The position numbers and the translations under genes were made by a program. Positions 25,671 to 28,987 of a stretch of 28,987 nucleotides of DNA are shown here, piece by piece. Source of the stretch: Archangium sp. (GTDB lineage Bacteria; Myxococcota; Myxococcia; Myxococcales; Myxococcaceae). The number at the start of each line of letters is the position of its first letter. Position 1 is the stretch's first letter. The notes below the pieces were generated by a model. The model was not told the origin of the DNA and ran no database searches. It was given only the letters and a program-made list of their open reading frames with translations. The stretch covers positions 1 through 28,987 of the forward strand of contig JANLPS010000054.1 of NCBI GenBank assembly GCA_031367385.1, read 5' to 3'.

Positions 25671-26303
25671 TCATGAGCGTGGGCTGCGCTCCCGTGCCGT
25701 ACGAGGCGTTGACTTGGGCGAAGCGAAGGCCTCGGAGGCAGCTTCGTGGAGAACCTGCCTGAACCACACGACGGCAGGGTCGCGGTCGCGCTGTGCACTC
25801 CAGAACATCGAGAGCTCGATGGGGGCGATCTTTACCGGGCACGGCAATGCGACGAGCCCGAAGCGCGGTGCGACGTCAGCCAGAACCGCCCGCGGCACGG
25901 TCATCAGGAGATCTGTCCGCGCGAGGAGCGGCGGCGCCAACATGAAATGCGGAAGGTACGGCCCCGACCGGCGTGACAGCTTCAGCTTCCGCGCCAAGGC
26001 ATCGACAGGGCTCTCTTTGCCGGAGGCGGTCCGTACACGGATGTGAGGGTAGCTGGCCCAGGCCTTTGCGTTCCAACTGCGAACTGCCGGGTGTTCGGCT
26101 CGGGCATAGACCACCCAGTCGAGTGAAACGAGGCCAGCGCTGCACAGGCCCTCGGTCTTCGCTACAGCCGTCGGCGCTACGCCGACATCGACGTGATCGT
26201 CCGCGACATCCTGGAGCATGCCGGGCCCCGCGGGTACGAGTTCGAAGAACGAATATTCACGCTTGCCGGGCCCGACTTCGTGGCGGCGACGCTGCCGTCG
26301 CTG
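25671..26303 (-). pseudogene. LysR substrate-binding domain remnant (HTH lost, one internal segment inverted)
   Basis: Minus strand: ELVPAGPGML.DV....VDVGVAP...YAR..HP...LPHFMLAPPLLARTDLLMTVPR...FWS...DRDPAVVWFR; plus strand 26247-26303: ERIFTLAGPDFVAATLPSL. Confidence 0.75.
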
Positions 26304-26469
26304 TCGTGGCTGGGTCGAACACACCATCCTGGGCCAGAACCCGGCCGATGGTTCGCAGAATGCGCGACACCTCACCCTCGAGCCGCTCGGCTTTCGGCGT
26401 CGGCCGCATTTCGCCGCCCACGCAGTTGAGCGGGAGGCTCGGGTTCTAAAGTGCGATTCGGGTCGAACG

Positions 26470-26496
26470 AAAAAGCCCCGGCAGAACCGGGGCTTT
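26470..26496 (-). terminator. Rho-independent terminator of tRNA-Asn
   Basis: Minus strand AAAGCCCCGG-TTCTG-CCGGGGCTTTTT, 8 bp after the tRNA. Confidence 0.85.
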
Positions 26497-26504
26497 CATC
26501 GAAG

Positions 26505-26577
26505 CTCCCTGAGTAGGACTCGAACCTACGACCCGGCGATTAACAGTCGCCTGCTCTACCAACTGAGCTATCAAGGA
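26505..26577 (-). tRNA. tRNA-Asn (GTT), CCA not encoded
   Basis: TCCTTGA..TAGCTCAGTTGGTAGAGC..GGCGA-CT-GTT-AA-TCGCC..GTAGG-TTCGAGT-CCTAC-TCAGGGA-G forms a full 73-nt cloverleaf. Confidence 0.97.
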
Positions 26578-26599
26578 ATATGCAGCTTTACGCGGCGCG

Positions 26600-26628
26600 G
26601 ATGTAGACCTGACGAGGGTGCATGTCAA
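26600..26628 (-). promoter_or_regulatory. Putative sigma70 promoter of tRNA-Asn
   Basis: TTGACA-N17-TACATC followed by a GC-rich discriminator, 22 bp upstream of the tRNA. Confidence 0.55.
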
Positions 26629-27851
26629 CACTGACGAACGCACCCGTCGAGACCGCAGGAGAAGCCCGCGTCGCGACTGTGCCGTGGGAGGCGATCGCGG
26701 GGCTCGGCACCGTGCTCAACGCACCACTGGCAGCAATTCTCGATGGCGCCGCGGCCGAGCGCGTGCTCGACAAGACCTTGCGCGCCAACCGCGAACTCTC
26801 GGCAGAACAGCGCAGGGTCGTCGCCGAATCACTCTTCGGAGTCGGCCTCTGGCGGCGTCGCCTCAGGGCCAGGCACTCGGCCAATGCATCGCCGCTCGAG
26901 CTGTTGGCCACGCTGATCAGAGATCTCGGTCAACGCAGCGACGCCTCTTTGCTCGACGTGCCCCAGTTCTCGTTGAAACCACTGACTGATTGGCGCGATC
27001 GGCACTCGATACCCGATTGGCTCGCGACCGAGCTCGAGCGCGAGTTCGGCGCTGACGCAGCGATCGCCGCCGCCGCGCTCAACGCACCAGGCCCGGTCTG
27101 TCTTCGCGTCAACCGGCTCAAGCTCGCTCGAGACGGGCTCGCCGAACGGCTCGCTGCCGAAGGCGTCGCGACCGAGCTTGGCCGGTGGTCACCAGAAGCA
27201 CTGATCATCACCTCGCCGCGCCCGAACCTCTACGGGCTGTCGGCCTCGCGCGACGCACTCTTCGAAGTGCAAGATGAGGGCAGCCAGCTGCTGGGGCAAT
27301 GGCTTCAAGCCCAGCCAGGAGATCGCGTGCTCGACCTCTGCGCCGGAGCGGGTGGAAAGGCGCTACAGCTCGCCGCCCACGTCGCGTCGAACGGCAGAGT
27401 GCACGCGTTCGACATCGATCCCAGCCGCCTCAATCGACTCCGTCATCGCGCAGAACGCGCTGGCGCGACCATCGACATTCATACCCAGCCACCCAGCGGG
27501 CGCTTCGACCGCGTGCTGGTCGACTCCCCATGCTCCGAGCTGGGAGCTCTGCGCCGAGGCCCCGACCTGCGCTGGCGAATCGACCCCGCCTCGTTCGCCG
27601 ACCATGCATTGACGGGAGCCAGTCTCATCGATCAGGGCTACGCACTGCTCACGTCTGGCGGCCACCTCGTGTACGCGACGTGCACCTTTCGGCGCGAAGA
27701 AAACGAAGACGTGGTCGATGCATTTCTTGCGAGACACCCTCAAGCACGCCGTGTGAGTGACGATTTCAAGGTGGCTCCACACACGCACGGCACCGACGGG
27801 TTCTATGCAGCACGCATCACTTCAAGCTCTTCGGGCGACCCAACCGCTTAA
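26622..27851 (+). CDS. RsmB/NOP2 (Fmu-like) RNA m5C methyltransferase
   Basis: LRVNRLK, FEVQDEGSQL, VLDLCAGAGGK, VLVDSPCS, LVYATCT...ENEDVV, HGTDGFY; true start may be GTG 26679. Confidence 0.9.
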   Translation: MSTLTNAPVETAGEARVATVPWEAIAGLGTVLNAPLAAILDGAAAERVLDKTLRANRELSAEQRRVVAESLFGVGLWRRRLRARHSANASPLELLATLIRDLGQRSDASLLDVPQFSLKPLTDWRDRHSIPDWLATELEREFGADAAIAAAALNAPGPVCLRVNRLKLARDGLAERLAAEGVATELGRWSPEALIITSPRPNLYGLSASRDALFEVQDEGSQLLGQWLQAQPGDRVLDLCAGAGGKALQLAAHVASNGRVHAFDIDPSRLNRLRHRAERAGATIDIHTQPPSGRFDRVLVDSPCSELGALRRGPDLRWRIDPASFADHALTGASLIDQGYALLTSGGHLVYATCTFRREENEDVVDAFLARHPQARRVSDDFKVAPHTHGTDGFYAARITSSSSGDPTA

Positions 27852-27913
27852 CCTTCGCGTCGACCGCATGCAGCGTCGCCGGCGCGCGAGCACTCCGAAC
27901 CCCGCGGCGGTGA

Positions 27914-28564
27914 TCACTTCAGTCGCTTCGGGCGGCTCTTCGCGCGACCGAGCCGCTTGACCTCTGCCTCGACGGCCTCGAGCTGCGCCATGTGTTCGCG
28001 AGACCGCACCAGGTACGCGCTGATCCGCAGATACGCCCAGATGCCGATGATCAACACCGCTCCCGGTATCGACCAGAGCGCGATGGTCTCGGGCCCCGCG
28101 ATCAGCTGATCGGGTGCCCAGTGCCGCGCCCGCGCCCCCACCACCAGCAGCGGAGCGCGCTCTTCTTGAACCCGCCGCGCGAGCTCGGAGACCGCCTCGG
28201 CCCGCCGAATGCGCTCGACGTCGAGCTTGATGTGCCGCTCTTCGAACCGGCTGCGCCGCCGCTCGAGGTTCTCGGCGAACTGCGATTCTTCAGGCAAAAT
28301 TCGCCCCGCCTCGAGAAAGTCATCGAACGCGGTTCTCAGCTGATCAGGAGTCGCCTTGCGGCCATCGTCGACGCCCAACAGCAAAATCGCATGATCCGAC
28401 AGCTGGGCGGCCTTGTACTGCGGCGAGTCCCAATACGTCTTCCAGATGTAGCCGAGCACGCCGAGCCCATAGAGCGCGAGAATGATGAACAGCCCCCACG
28501 GCACGGGAAACTTCGGAGCTGGGCCGGGCGGGGCAGGGAGACGCCGCGCCTCATTCGAGGGCAT
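27914..28564 (-). CDS. Hypothetical membrane protein (two TM helices)
   Basis: ATG 28564; hydrophobic segments WGLFIILALYGLGVLGYIW and IALWSIPGAVLIIGIWAYL. Confidence 0.75.
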   Translation of the reverse strand: MPSNEARRLPAPPGPAPKFPVPWGLFIILALYGLGVLGYIWKTYWDSPQYKAAQLSDHAILLLGVDDGRKATPDQLRTAFDDFLEAGRILPEESQFAENLERRRSRFEERHIKLDVERIRRAEAVSELARRVQEERAPLLVVGARARHWAPDQLIAGPETIALWSIPGAVLIIGIWAYLRISAYLVRSREHMAQLEAVEAEVKRLGRAKSRPKRLK

Positions 28565-28595
28565 CAGCACCCAGATTAGCGGTAGAACCTGGGTC

Positions 28596-28987
28596 GTGGC
28601 CTTTCTTCCCGTCGCGAAGCTGAACCCTGGTGACCCGGTCTGCGTCGTCGCGCCCTCGGGCCCCTTCGACCGCGCCATTTTCGAGCGTGGCCTCGCCGTG
28701 CTCGCGGGCCGCTACACGCCGGTTCTCAACGACGCGCTGTACGACAAACACCGATATCTGGCCGGTCGTGATGAAGGGCGAGCCGCCGAGCTGCAACGCG
28801 CCTTTGACGGCCCCGACAAGGCCATCTTCGCCGCACGGGGTGGGTACGGCGCCGCTCGTCTGCTCAAGCGCGTCACCCTCAAGCCGAAAGCGCTGATCGG
28901 CTTCTCTGATCTCACCGCGCTGCACGCCACCGCCCAGCTCGCCGGGTTTCGCTCCCTGCACGGCCCGGTCGTCACCCAGCTCGGCAC
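28596..28987 (+). CDS. ldcA: S66 family LD-carboxypeptidase, 3'-truncated by the window edge (not in ORF track)
   Basis: Translated by hand from GTG 28596: LNPGD.V.VVAPSGP...RYLAG.D..RA.EL...ARGGYG..RLL...IGFSDLTAL...LHGP. Confidence 0.9.
   Translation, partial: MAFLPVAKLNPGDPVCVVAPSGPFDRAIFERGLAVLAGRYTPVLNDALYDKHRYLAGRDEGRAAELQRAFDGPDKAIFAARGGYGAARLLKRVTLKPKALIGFSDLTALHATAQLAGFRSLHGPVVTQLG

Noticed and set aside
1..26504. attL/attR duplicate of the tRNA-Asn 3' end
   Set aside because: Only a 9-bp ACTCGAACC match near 19297 was noticed, which is expected by chance; the search was by eye
26446..26643. 65-aa ORF over the tRNA
   Set aside because: It is a translation of tRNA-Asn and its terminator

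Overview
GC-rich bacterial chromosome segment, probably Myxococcota judging by gene content and style (inference). The left end carries a co-oriented minus-strand block ending in a CHASE2-type class III adenylate cyclase, a secreted SH3b-like protein and an M48 metallopeptidase lipoprotein. The middle (~5.5-26.4 kb) is a tightly packed tract of small accessory genes: three ArsR/SRPBCC modules with visible operators, a B12-binding radical SAM protein, SDRs, YehS, YaeQ, SET, CPCC, FMN reductase, MFS-LysR, AhpD-like, YkgJ, phytochelatin-synthase-like, VOC and an NmrA/TetR pair. Four genes in this tract are broken by internal deletions or rearrangement (GyrI-like, DUF2306, GNAT, and a LysR with an inverted internal piece). 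The tract ends at the 3' side of a tRNA-Asn(GTT), beyond which lie an RsmB-like methyltransferase, a membrane protein and a truncated S66 LD-carboxypeptidase. No integrase, transposase, CRISPR array or rRNA was seen. The best candidate for an uncharacterised system is the cyclase-SH3-M48 triad. Family calls rest on motif recognition by eye, not on database searches.
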